Below, one piece after another: positions 20,397 through 29,336 of a DNA stretch of 64,000 bases. The notes under the pieces were generated by a model. That model did no database searches and was not told where the DNA came from. It saw nothing but the letters and a program-made list of their open reading frames with translations. Origin of the DNA: Marinicella sp. Lineage in GTDB: Bacteria > Pseudomonadota > Gammaproteobacteria > Xanthomonadales > Marinicellaceae. The position numbers and the translations under genes are program-made. Each line of letters begins with the position of its first letter. Positions within the stretch are counted from its first letter, which is position 1. The DNA lies in assembly GCA_965230295.1 (NCBI GenBank), contig OZ246001.1, positions 192,001 to 256,000 of the forward strand, read 5' to 3'.

Positions 20397-21692
20397 TCAA
20401 GCCAAAAAAACAAAGCGCAGGGCAAAACACACGGCAATCAACCAAACACTGATCGGCACTTGCTGAGCCTGGCCGGTCAAGGTTTTCACCAACACGTATG
20501 ATATGAATCCGACTGCAATGCCATCTGAGATAGAAAAGCTGAATGGCATGATCAGCGCCGTCAGTAAGACTGGAATGTATTCACTGACATCTGCCCAATT
20601 CACTGTTCGCAATGCTGACATCATCAACATGGCCACAAACAACAAAGCCGACGCCGTGGCATAAGGAGGGATCATGCTGGCCACTGGTGACAAAAACAAT
20701 GCCACAACAAACAACACCGAAACCGTTAAAGCAGTGAGCCCCGTTCTGCCGCCTGCGGTCACACCGGCACCACTTTCAATGTAACTGGTGGTGGTGGATG
20801 TGCCCAATGCAGCACCTGCAATGGTGGCACTGGAATCAGCCAGCATGGCACGGCCAGCTTTCGGTAAATGGCCTTTGTCATCAAGCAGATCTGCTTGGTC
20901 TGCGACCGCGACCAAGGTGCCTGAGGTATCAAACAAATCAACAAACAAGAAGGCAATGATGACAGGCCACAATGCCAAATCCATGATCACTCGCCATTCA
21001 AGTTGAAATAAAGTGGGTGATATCGTTGGTGGTGCCGAGATCAAACCTTGGTATTGAACCAAACCCAACAACCAAGCCAAGAACGTCACCAACACAATTC
21101 CAATGATGATGGCTGCATTGAGCTTTTTGTGGTGTAACACCACAATAATGAAAAAGCCCAAAAAGGCCAGCAACACTTCGGGAGATTTAAAGTCGCCCAA
21201 GCCCACCAATGTGGCCTCATTATTGATGATGATTCCGGCATTTTGTAAAGCTATCATGGCCAAAAATAAACCAATGCCAATTGAAATGGCGGTCTTCAAA
21301 CTGCGTGGCATGGTGTTGATCAGCCATTGTCTTAACTTGAAAACACTGAGCAACAAAAAGAGCACCCCAGACCACAGTACACAACCCAATGCCACTTGCC
21401 AACTGTGCCCCATGGCACCGACCACACCAAAGGTGAAAAAAGCATTCAGCCCCATTCCCGGCGCCAAGGCAATGGGGTAATTGGCCAACAAACCCATCAA
21501 AGCACTGCCAATGGCCGCTGCCAGACAGGTAGCAACAAACACCGCACCTGCATCCATACCAGTGGTCGATAGCATGTTGGGGTTGACCACAATGATGTAA
21601 GCCATGGCCAAAAATGTCGACAGGCCTGCGGTCAATTCTTGTTTAACAGTCGTGTTGTGAGCCGATAAGTTGAACCACTGATTCAACATCAT
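20397..21692 (-). CDS. NCS2/AzgA-like purine permease
   Basis: PIALAPGMGLNAFF and TSYIESGAGVTAGGRTGLT. Confidence 0.93.
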   Translation of the reverse strand: MMLNQWFNLSAHNTTVKQELTAGLSTFLAMAYIIVVNPNMLSTTGMDAGAVFVATCLAAAIGSALMGLLANYPIALAPGMGLNAFFTFGVVGAMGHSWQVALGCVLWSGVLFLLLSVFKLRQWLINTMPRSLKTAISIGIGLFLAMIALQNAGIIINNEATLVGLGDFKSPEVLLAFLGFFIIVVLHHKKLNAAIIIGIVLVTFLAWLLGLVQYQGLISAPPTISPTLFQLEWRVIMDLALWPVIIAFLFVDLFDTSGTLVAVADQADLLDDKGHLPKAGRAMLADSSATIAGAALGTSTTTSYIESGAGVTAGGRTGLTALTVSVLFVVALFLSPVASMIPPYATASALLFVAMLMMSALRTVNWADVSEYIPVLLTALIMPFSFSISDGIAVGFISYVLVKTLTGQAQQVPISVWLIAVCFALRFVFLA

Positions 21693-22093
21693 GGGCTCCC
21701 TGCATTGTTAACCCATTCCACACTGGACAAGGGTACACTGACCTGAATCACAGTACCACCAAACTTTCCGGAAAAACTCAAATGTTCTTCCAATACTTTC
21801 AAGTGATTGATCGACGTGGGTGACAAATTAAACTCCAAATGTGTTTTGTCTTGTGGTTGGATTGGAGGATCAAAATGAATGTCTTGGGTGATGGCTTTTA
21901 TTTTGGGCTTTTGTCCTTGCTGATGGATGGCCATATAGGTTTGGTAAAACTGCTGTTCAATTTCACTGCCCTGAGCTGCCGGTTCTAATCCTGCAAAATT
22001 ATTTTTCTTTAAAGACCATTGCATCATGCGGTTGAATTGAGTGATCAACACAAAGATCACCACCAACAGCGCAATGAGGATGTATTCCATCAT
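21689..22093 (-). CDS. Membrane-anchored protein with an SspB-like C-terminal domain
   Basis: N-terminal TM; FNLSPTSINHLKV..LSFSGKFGG...VSVPLSSV resembles the SspB core. Confidence 0.6.
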   Translation of the reverse strand: MMEYILIALLVVIFVLITQFNRMMQWSLKKNNFAGLEPAAQGSEIEQQFYQTYMAIHQQGQKPKIKAITQDIHFDPPIQPQDKTHLEFNLSPTSINHLKVLEEHLSFSGKFGGTVIQVSVPLSSVEWVNNAGSP

Positions 22094-22133
22094 GATATTC
22101 TTAATTCAATAAATCGATAGGAGATCAATTCTA

Positions 22134-23474
22134 TCAGGATTCTACCAACAACAGTTTTAATCTTCTTTGGGTATAGACCCACGCCACCAAAGAACTGGCC
22201 AGAACAATGGCCACGATGGCCCAAAATATCGAATACAACCCATAATCCATCAGCTCAATCAACACATAAAAAGCCGCAATCGGTAGTACCATCTGACGCA
22301 AGATACCAATCACCAATGGAAACAAAGGTTGTTTGACCGCCTGTAACAAAGCATTGGAACAAAACAGCATCATATAGCCATAAAAGGCAAAGGCATCGGC
22401 CCGGAGGTAATACACCCCCACATCAACAATGGTTTGGCTGTTGCTGAACTGGGTCATCATCAAGGGCGATAAAAAGATCATGGTCGGAATGAACACCACC
22501 GAGATCATGGCCGCCACTTTCAGTGATTTATAATAAATCTCCTTAACCCGCTCGATGTTGCCCGCACCATAGTTCTGACCCACCAAGGCCATCACCGCTG
22601 CATTTAAACCCAAGGCCGGCATCAACAACAACTGTTCAATCCGAATACCCACTGAATAACCAGCCACCGGACCATCTCCGAATTGTGAGATGAAATAAAT
22701 GGTGATGAAACCACCAATGATGATGGTCAACATGTTCATACTGGCCGGCATGATTTGGGCCAACAGTTGTTTCCAATGGTCCCAATTAAAAGCAGGCTTA
22801 GACCAGGCATTGACTTCACTTTTTAACACCATCAACAGGTAGATCGAAGACCCGGCTTTGATGATCAAAGTGGACCAGGCCAAACCGGCCACACCAAAAT
22901 CCAACACAAAAATAAACAAGGGATTCAACAACCAATTGGCAAAGAAGCCTACAATCAAAACATTGCGGTAGCTGACGGTGTTGCCATGGGCGATCAAGGC
23001 ACCGGCAAAACAACTGGTTAAATTAAAAAACACATTACCGATCAGAATGATCGAAGTGTAGTCCCAGGCCACCCCAACGATGGTCTGATCTTCACTGAGG
23101 TAATTCAACAGATCCAAAGCATAAAGCCACCCCAACAGCAAAATAACCGCCGAGAGAAACCAGGTGATGCCATGCGAGCAATTGATCCAGGCAATCACAT
23201 TGTCCCGGTTCTTCTTACCCACATCAGCTGCCACCATGGCAGAGGTTCCACTTTGTAGGCCCATCCCCAAAGCCAAAAACAAGGCGAACACAATGCTGGC
23301 GATCGATAACCCTGACAAAGCCACATCTGAGATCTGCCCGGCAAACCAATTGTCAGTGAGGTTGTATAAGGTATTGAACACCATGCCCAACGCCGCCGGT
23401 ATGCCGATGCGGATCATGTGTTGGTACACCGAACCTCGGGTCAAGTCTTTTTCTTCAGCAGTGGCTGCTTTCAT
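22134..23474 (-). CDS. MATE family efflux transporter
   Basis: DLTRGSV start, YNLTDNWFAGQ, GQNYGAGN, about 12 TMs. Confidence 0.93.
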   Translation of the reverse strand: MKAATAEEKDLTRGSVYQHMIRIGIPAALGMVFNTLYNLTDNWFAGQISDVALSGLSIASIVFALFLALGMGLQSGTSAMVAADVGKKNRDNVIAWINCSHGITWFLSAVILLLGWLYALDLLNYLSEDQTIVGVAWDYTSIILIGNVFFNLTSCFAGALIAHGNTVSYRNVLIVGFFANWLLNPLFIFVLDFGVAGLAWSTLIIKAGSSIYLLMVLKSEVNAWSKPAFNWDHWKQLLAQIMPASMNMLTIIIGGFITIYFISQFGDGPVAGYSVGIRIEQLLLMPALGLNAAVMALVGQNYGAGNIERVKEIYYKSLKVAAMISVVFIPTMIFLSPLMMTQFSNSQTIVDVGVYYLRADAFAFYGYMMLFCSNALLQAVKQPLFPLVIGILRQMVLPIAAFYVLIELMDYGLYSIFWAIVAIVLASSLVAWVYTQRRLKLLLVES

Positions 23475-23578
23475 ATTGGGATGGTCAAGTAAGGTTGAAA
23501 ATAATTGTATCAGATTGCTGCTAAACGTTCACTGAGCGAAGTCGAAGTGATTCACCTGTTTGCAGTTAATCGTAGACT

Positions 23579-24067
23579 TCAATTCGATCCATTGGTCACT
23601 TCACGGTGGTAAAAATCCTTGATACAACTTAGACAAATATTGGCTTCATCGCTGGCAATAATTACTCCAATATCTTCAATAAAAGGAGACTTCTTACAAA
23701 AAGAGCAGTTATGCTCATCAAACTCCAACGCAGCTTCATCACATTCCTTAATCGCATCAGTTTTACTGTAATCGGTTTTTAACCAACATTTGCTAATTCC
23801 GTTGTAATATTTTTCTGCATATGCTTTGACCTCTGATACCGAGTCTCTTTCAATGATGGCTGTGATGAGCTCCCACTCCATGTCGCAATGAGCTAAATGA
23901 AATTTTTGAGTTTCTAAGTGAAAACAAATTGCCAATCTGGGCACTTTGCCAAGCCATTCACCACCTACATTGATGCTTTTATTTTCAACATACACTATTG
24001 AATCATCCACATCCGCATATTCGATTACATACGAAGGGTAAAACAAGACTAAAGGCGGTTTACCCAT
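23579..24067 (-). CDS. Hypothetical protein with a C-terminal ClpX-type C4 zinc finger
   Basis: CSFCKKS...IIASDEANICLSCI. Confidence 0.72.
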   Translation of the reverse strand: MGKPPLVLFYPSYVIEYADVDDSIVYVENKSINVGGEWLGKVPRLAICFHLETQKFHLAHCDMEWELITAIIERDSVSEVKAYAEKYYNGISKCWLKTDYSKTDAIKECDEAALEFDEHNCSFCKKSPFIEDIGVIIASDEANICLSCIKDFYHREVTNGSN

Positions 24068-24178
24068 AATTACTTACTTAAACACATGGTTGAAAGAACT
24101 TAATACAGTGGCTGTGGACATTTTTTTGTTTGATTGATGGGTATGAATATAATTCTAGCAGAAAACCCAATGGTGGCC

Positions 24179-24706
24179 CTAACCCTGATACCAGTTTAAG
24201 ATCACTTGGGCCGATTCTTCAGCCGTGAGTTGTCCTGTATCAAGGACCAAATCGGGCTCACAAAACTTGGGGAAGTCAAAACACCCGTCGGTTTTGAGTT
24301 GTTGGTATAAGTCCGGATCGGTTAATTTGCCAAATTGATGCCTGCTGTCTGCACCCATTCTGTTGACCAGTTGATCTTCTGAGCACTGCAATTCAATGTA
24401 ATATACCGTACCCTTTGCTTGGGCAATATGAGACGTCACCTTTTTGATCAATTCAGGATCAACCGTATTTTCTGGATTGAAAGTGAAAACAAAGGACTGT
24501 TGTTGGTCCGCAGCTGCTGCAAAAGCAGCCAACCACATGTCGGCCCTCAGTTGCTTGAATCCAGGTGTACCAAACTCAAACAGCGACTTGACCGCATCAA
24601 CCACCAGGTGATTGTGAAACAACGGCATGGCCAACGCTTCACTAACCAGCGAACCGACGGTGTATTTACCAGCGGCTGCTGGTCCATAGATAAACAAAAC
24701 GTCCAT
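24179..24706 (-). CDS. P-loop kinase (shikimate kinase/AAA_33-like)
   Basis: FIYGPAAAGKYT Walker A-like motif, LFHNH. Confidence 0.8.
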   Translation of the reverse strand: MDVLFIYGPAAAGKYTVGSLVSEALAMPLFHNHLVVDAVKSLFEFGTPGFKQLRADMWLAAFAAAADQQQSFVFTFNPENTVDPELIKKVTSHIAQAKGTVYYIELQCSEDQLVNRMGADSRHQFGKLTDPDLYQQLKTDGCFDFPKFCEPDLVLDTGQLTAEESAQVILNWYQG

Positions 24707-24777
24707 GTAGATATTGTGAAAAGTTATGTTTCTAAAAGCAAGCGTAAATAACAAACAGTTACAGGTTATTAATTTTT

Positions 24778-25159
24778 GTCATTGCGAGCGCAGCGCGGCA
24801 ATCTCCAAAACTTTTGAGGCTTCCTAAAGGGGCCTACTTTTGGTCGCCTTAGATTAATTGCAGGAATATGAAATCAAACCAATTGGACAATGAAACCAGT
24901 TTCAATGGATCATCAATAGATCAAACACCAACTGCATGGATCCCGGATCAAGTCCGGGATGACGAAAAAGTAGTAACCATTACATCAAAAAATCTTTCTC
25001 CGTCATCCTCGGGCTTCCTTAAGGGACCTACTTTTGGTCACCTTAGAGTAATTGCAGGAATATGAAATCAAACCAATTGGACAATGAAACCAGTTTCAAT
25101 GGATCATCAATAGATCAAACGCCAACTGCCTGGATCCCGGATCAGGTCCGGGATGACGA
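24778..25159. repeat. REP cluster with a ~150-bp direct duplication (about 24817-24966 and 25011-25159)
   Basis: Two near-identical copies ending TGGATCCCGGATCA(A/G)GTCCGGGATGACGAA; GTCATTGCGAGCGCAGCGCGGCAATCTC upstream. Confidence 0.85.
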
Positions 25160-25174
25160 AGATGACACAGGCAT

Positions 25175-25209
25175 AAAAAAACCCACAACACCTAACGATG
25201 CTGTGGGTC
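25175..25209 (-). terminator. Intrinsic terminator of the slipin transcript
   Basis: ACCCACA..TGTGGGT stem followed by a U-tract on the minus strand. Confidence 0.75.
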
Positions 25210-25224
25210 ACAGGTGGACGAACA

Positions 25225-26364
25225 TCAAACATTCAATTTGATATTCTCCTTGGTCAAGCCATCCAAACCTCCGAAAACGGTGATGTTGCTGACTTTGTCG
25301 GCCACTTTTTCCAAAGTTTCCAACTCTTTCAAACGTCTCAAAGTTTCGCTTTGATCCATTAACTTTGCGGTGTTCAACAAAGAACGGGTCGCAGCGGTTT
25401 CTTCGCGGCGTTTGATGATGTTGGCTTTAGCTGCTTTTTCGGCCTCAACCACTTGATTCAAAATGGTTTTCATCTCGCCAGGCAAGATGATGTCTTTGAC
25501 ACCCACTTCGACCAAGGTCAAACCAAATTCAGCCACTTTTTTGGCCACAAAACCACGCACAAAAGTGTCAATGGCTTCTTTATCTGCCAACAAAGCGTCC
25601 AACACTTTGGTACCGATGGCTTTTCGCAAGGCCAACTGCAAGGCGTTGTACAAGAATTCCTTGTAGTTCGCCAACTCAGTCACCGCAGTCACCACGTCGC
25701 TTACTTTAAAAGTGGCAGACAAGTTAACCCTTAAGCTCACTTTGTCTTTGGTCAAGATTTCCTGACCGGCCACTTCCATGGTTTGCGCACGGGTATCAAC
25801 GACTTCCACTGCGACAGATTGGTTGTAATTCCAAAAACCGTATTTACCGGCTTTCAAAGTACGTACCAACTGACCATCGATGAACAACAAGCCGACTTGC
25901 TGGTTGGTCACCTCTTTGGTCACCATACCTGCAGACAAGACAGAGGCTTTGGCCGCTTTGGCCAACACCTTCATGTCTTTGGCAGACACTTCGATCTGCT
26001 CAGTGACATTGATGCGTCTGACTTCCACCTGAGCCGCGGTGTTCCAAAACCACTTTTCAGATTGAGGTTTAATCAAATCACTGAATTGACCATCTACATA
26101 GATCAAGGCCACCTCGTTTTCATCGGTGTTGATCACTGTGTAGAAATCTTCGCACAAGCTTGCTTTGTTCCTCAACAACACTTTGACGTCTTTCTGGGTG
26201 ATTTCAGTCGCGGTGATGTCGAATAAACGCACTTTCATGCGGTTACCGAAATCCCAAAACTGGTGTACACCGGCTGTCAAAACAGCTGTCAATTGTCGAT
26301 CGCGAAACAACAAAGCACGTTCGTTGTCAGCAACCACTATTCTTTTTCTAAAAATCATTTTCAT
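25225..26364 (-). CDS. SPFH/band 7 protein with N-terminal repeats (slipin family)
   Basis: Repeated ERALLF/EVALIY/QVGLLF..DG units, QEILTKDKVSLRVN, KDIILPGEMK, RREETAATRSLLNTAKLM. Confidence 0.9.
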   Translation of the reverse strand: MKMIFRKRIVVADNERALLFRDRQLTAVLTAGVHQFWDFGNRMKVRLFDITATEITQKDVKVLLRNKASLCEDFYTVINTDENEVALIYVDGQFSDLIKPQSEKWFWNTAAQVEVRRINVTEQIEVSAKDMKVLAKAAKASVLSAGMVTKEVTNQQVGLLFIDGQLVRTLKAGKYGFWNYNQSVAVEVVDTRAQTMEVAGQEILTKDKVSLRVNLSATFKVSDVVTAVTELANYKEFLYNALQLALRKAIGTKVLDALLADKEAIDTFVRGFVAKKVAEFGLTLVEVGVKDIILPGEMKTILNQVVEAEKAAKANIIKRREETAATRSLLNTAKLMDQSETLRRLKELETLEKVADKVSNITVFGGLDGLTKENIKLNV

Positions 26365-26379
26365 ATATCCTGTGCGAAT

Positions 26380-27314
26380 AGGAATGTTCTTGGGGCTTCA
26401 TTCACTTTTGTTGCAACAAAAGTGAAAGCGACCGCGGCAAACATGTGTTGAGTTTTCGCTCGCACCTTTCTGACACAGCTCCGCTGTGCCAACCAAGGTG
26501 GCTGGTCAATTTAGTCACAAGTTTTTCCGTTAGCACTGCTAATTAAACTCAGTCATTAATAAAACCTCGTATATCGTTAAAAAATACACCTTCTTGGGTG
26601 TTCTGTTCCATGCCTCTCGACATGGGACCGATGCCAGGACCTCCTGACATCGGCAAAGCTTCCTTTCTTTCACCTACCTACCACTGATACCAAGCCATCC
26701 TGATACCAGCCACTTACGCTCTCTCGCCAACCGCACCACCGCAGGCCATCCTGCGTTGGCTTTGATAGACTCAGGCTTAGACAAGCTCAACCATCGTCAA
26801 TCATGTGGAAGATCAGTCTCACGACCACCCAGTGGCCCATGAAGGGTTGTTCTGGTTCCACCAGGTCATGAAGTCACTCAAATCCTTGTGTGTCTGATAC
26901 GTCCTGAGCAAGAATGTTCTTGGGGCTTCATTTACTTTTGAAAAATCAAAAGTAAAAGCGCCCACTGCGAACATCTCTCATGTCTATGCCCTCAACTTTC
27001 TGACTCGGTTAATCCTCGCCAACCAAGTTGATGGGGCGAACTGAATTCAGTTCGCCTAGGTTTGTACCCTGACTTCAATCAGTGGTTTCTCAATTCGGCC
27101 CCAACGGCTCGAAAAGCAGACCAATGCTTCATTGGCAAGAAAGCATGCTGTCTGAGCCATGCCTTCCTGAGTGGTCGTTGTTAGTCGACTGCCTTGTCGT
27201 TGCTACATGTTGGTAGCAATGGGCTTCTCGCCCACCCAACTGAGACTGACCTGTGATGTTTAAAGACGTCACACGTCTGGCTTAGATAGGGCTCTCGCCT
27301 TGGTGCCTTTCGGC
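26380..27314 (-). ncRNA. Putative large structured ncRNA (two modules with a shared 3' domain)
   Basis: No credible ORF; many stems with GNRA loops (GCC-GAAA-GGC, GGC-GAGA-GCC, GTC-GTGA-GAC, ATGTC-GAGA-GGCAT); ~125-nt domain repeated at 26380-26506 and 26911-27037 with compensatory changes. Confidence 0.6.
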
Positions 27315-27388
27315 TGGTTTTTGAGCAGGAGTCGAACCTGCGACAAGCAAATTACAATGTTGCTGCTCTACCTCTGAGCTATCAATCG
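27315..27388 (-). tRNA. Non-canonical tRNA-like element (Thr UGU-like anticodon, 4-bp acceptor stem, CCA end)
   Basis: TAGCTCAGAGGTAGAGC D-arm, GCAGG-TTCGACT-CCTGC T-arm, loop ATTGTAA, 3' AAAACCA. Confidence 0.7.
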
Positions 27389-27459
27389 TCTTAGAGATGG
27401 ATTCGAACCACCGTATAATTAATCCTAAGTTAATCGCCGTACCACTTGGCTATCTAAGT
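27389..27459 (-). tRNA. Non-canonical tRNA-like element (Leu UAG anticodon but short variable loop, no CCA)
   Basis: CTTAGA/TCTAAG acceptor, TAGCCAAGTGGTACGGC D-arm, ATTAA-CTTAGGA-TTAAT anticodon arm, GGTGG-TTCGAAT-CCATC T-arm. Confidence 0.72.
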
Positions 27460-27592
27460 ACCCAATCACCTGGCATACACACCAATAAAACTGGCTGCAC
27501 CGGCCTGCCATCCAGAGACAGGTCCATAAGGGATTTGGATCCTTTGCCATCAATATTCACAACATGAATTTTGATGAAAATATTTCGGGCAT

Positions 27593-27625
27593 AAAAAAAC
27601 CCGATGGAATGACCTATCGGGCTTT
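27593..27625 (-). terminator. Leader (attenuator) intrinsic terminator
   Basis: AAAGCCCGATAGG-TCATT-CCATCGGGTTTTTTT on the minus strand. Confidence 0.8.
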
Positions 27626-27679
27626 ACGAAAAAGATTCCTGAAAGGCCATTCAATGCCTTTCAAGATTTTTGAAGGGCA

Positions 27680-27778
27680 TTAAATCAACTGCATACCACG
27701 CAGCACGTTCGAGTCATGACTCGGACATGTCGCTTGCCAGCTAGTGGCAATTTTTATGTTGAAATAATTTAAATTCAT
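27680..27778 (-). CDS. Putative leader peptide MNLNYFNIKIATSWQATCPSHDSNVLRGMQLI (32 aa)
   Basis: ATG 27778 to TAA 27680, between the promoter and terminator; stop codon overlaps an alternative hairpin arm. Confidence 0.6.
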   Translation of the reverse strand: MNLNYFNIKIATSWQATCPSHDSNVLRGMQLI

Positions 27779-27820
27779 AATTTTATTTTTGTTGTGGTCC
27801 GAAGACCTGTTTCAATTAAG

Positions 27821-27875
27821 GTAGCGCATTCTACGCCGTTGTTTTTCGGAGTCAAGATATTTTTAACATTTTTTT
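27821..27875 (-). promoter_or_regulatory. Sigma70 promoter of rRNA/tRNA type
   Basis: TTGACT (27855-27850), 16 bp, TAGAAT (27833-27828), GCGC discriminator, A/T-tract UP-like element upstream. Confidence 0.75.
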
Positions 27876-28143
27876 AACATCATGCCGGCGCAGGCCGGGA
27901 TCCAGCCTCTTTAAGAAATTAATACAGTAAAACTTAAAACCACATAAAAACTCTTTCGCTAAACCATTGTAATTATTGATGTTTCATTCACCAAATTTAA
28001 TTTGCTTTTGACAATAAGACAGTGGATACCGTCCCCTGTTTTCACGAGGGGCAGGCTCTACGCCGGTCATTCGATGTTTCAAGAAAATCATGATTCAAAA
28101 TCAAACCAGTGATAATAAAACTTGTTCTTGTATAATTGCGAAC

Positions 28144-29157
28144 ATGATGACAGAGTTCACAATTATGCTGGTCGGGTTTACCCTATTTAGTGCGACCTCC
28201 TTGCTGTTTGCCTATATTTTTTTCTTACCTAACCTTCAAAAAAGCAGTTTATCTAGACTGACTTGTACAGCCTTACTTGTGGGTTTATCAGTACTGCAAT
28301 GGTTTCATTACCAAACGTTAACTTCAGAATTTGATGCCTTACAAAACCGTATCTACTTGCTTTTTTTATTGTTTGTACCTGCCTGTTTCTATTATTTCAG
28401 CCGGTATGTGTTGTTTCCCAGTCTTGAAGCGAAATGGCATCATGCCCTTCACCTCATACCTACTGTTGTGGGTTTGTATTTGCCGACAGAAATCATCCCT
28501 CCCATTGCTTTTATGATTGGCTCTGCATATTGTTTGTGGTTCATACATCTGGTACTTAAATTACGTACCCAACAGAATCGATTTGCCATGGAGCGGTTCT
28601 TCTTTGGGATGTTCGCTTTGATGGCTGTCGGTGCTTTGGTTTTGGGTTTGATGTTACCTTATATTAATTCAATCATATTTTATACGGCTTATGGCAGCGC
28701 CATAGGTATAGCCATGTTGTTGGTCACCACAGCCATCATAATCTTCCCTGACATGCTCAATGACATTCAGCAAATGGCTGAGATGGCATATGCCAAAAGC
28801 AAGTTAAGTGGTATTGATGTGGCGGCCAAAAAAGCTCAGTTAGAAAAACTCGTGCAACAAGAGAGTGTCTATCAAAATGAAAAGCTGAGCTTGAAACTCA
28901 TGGCAGAAATGATCGATTTGTCAGTTCACCAGTTATCAGAGTTGGTCAATACGCAATATGGATTCGGGTTTTCTCAATGGGTTAGGATGCACCGAATCGA
29001 GCAGGCAAAAAAGTTGTTACTTGATGAACCCCAAACTTCCATTTTGGCTATCAGCATCATGACCGGCTTCCAGTCTCAATCTAATTTCTATGCGGCATTC
29101 AAGGAAATCACCTCTGAGTCACCCGGAAACTACCGAAAAAGAATGATCAAAGCGTAA
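28144..29157 (+). CDS. Membrane-bound AraC family transcriptional regulator
   Basis: About 7 TMs plus HQLSELVN...RIEQAKKLL...GFQSQSNFYAAFK. Confidence 0.92.
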   Translation: MMTEFTIMLVGFTLFSATSLLFAYIFFLPNLQKSSLSRLTCTALLVGLSVLQWFHYQTLTSEFDALQNRIYLLFLLFVPACFYYFSRYVLFPSLEAKWHHALHLIPTVVGLYLPTEIIPPIAFMIGSAYCLWFIHLVLKLRTQQNRFAMERFFFGMFALMAVGALVLGLMLPYINSIIFYTAYGSAIGIAMLLVTTAIIIFPDMLNDIQQMAEMAYAKSKLSGIDVAAKKAQLEKLVQQESVYQNEKLSLKLMAEMIDLSVHQLSELVNTQYGFGFSQWVRMHRIEQAKKLLLDEPQTSILAISIMTGFQSQSNFYAAFKEITSESPGNYRKRMIKA

Positions 29158-29336
29158 CAGGTTCCACTTCTATCATTCTGGAATACATGTATCACACTGA
29201 TTTAAAAGACATTTATATTTTTTTTGTTAAGGAAATATAATTGCGGAAGCCAATTGTTTTATTAATCCATAAACTGTCCCACATTGATTCGAAGTTTGAA
29301 TCAAATTTAATTAACTTTAACACTATGAGGACAATT

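Noticed and set aside
24868-25065. 65-aa ORF
   Set aside because: Reads through REP palindromes of the tandem duplication (WIPDQVRDD is REP-derived)
26380-27314. Group I/II intron, RNase P, tmRNA or rRNA fragment
   Set aside because: I could not recognise their hallmark motifs (group II domain V, RNase P P4, tmRNA tag) by eye; an Rfam scan is still needed to exclude them formally
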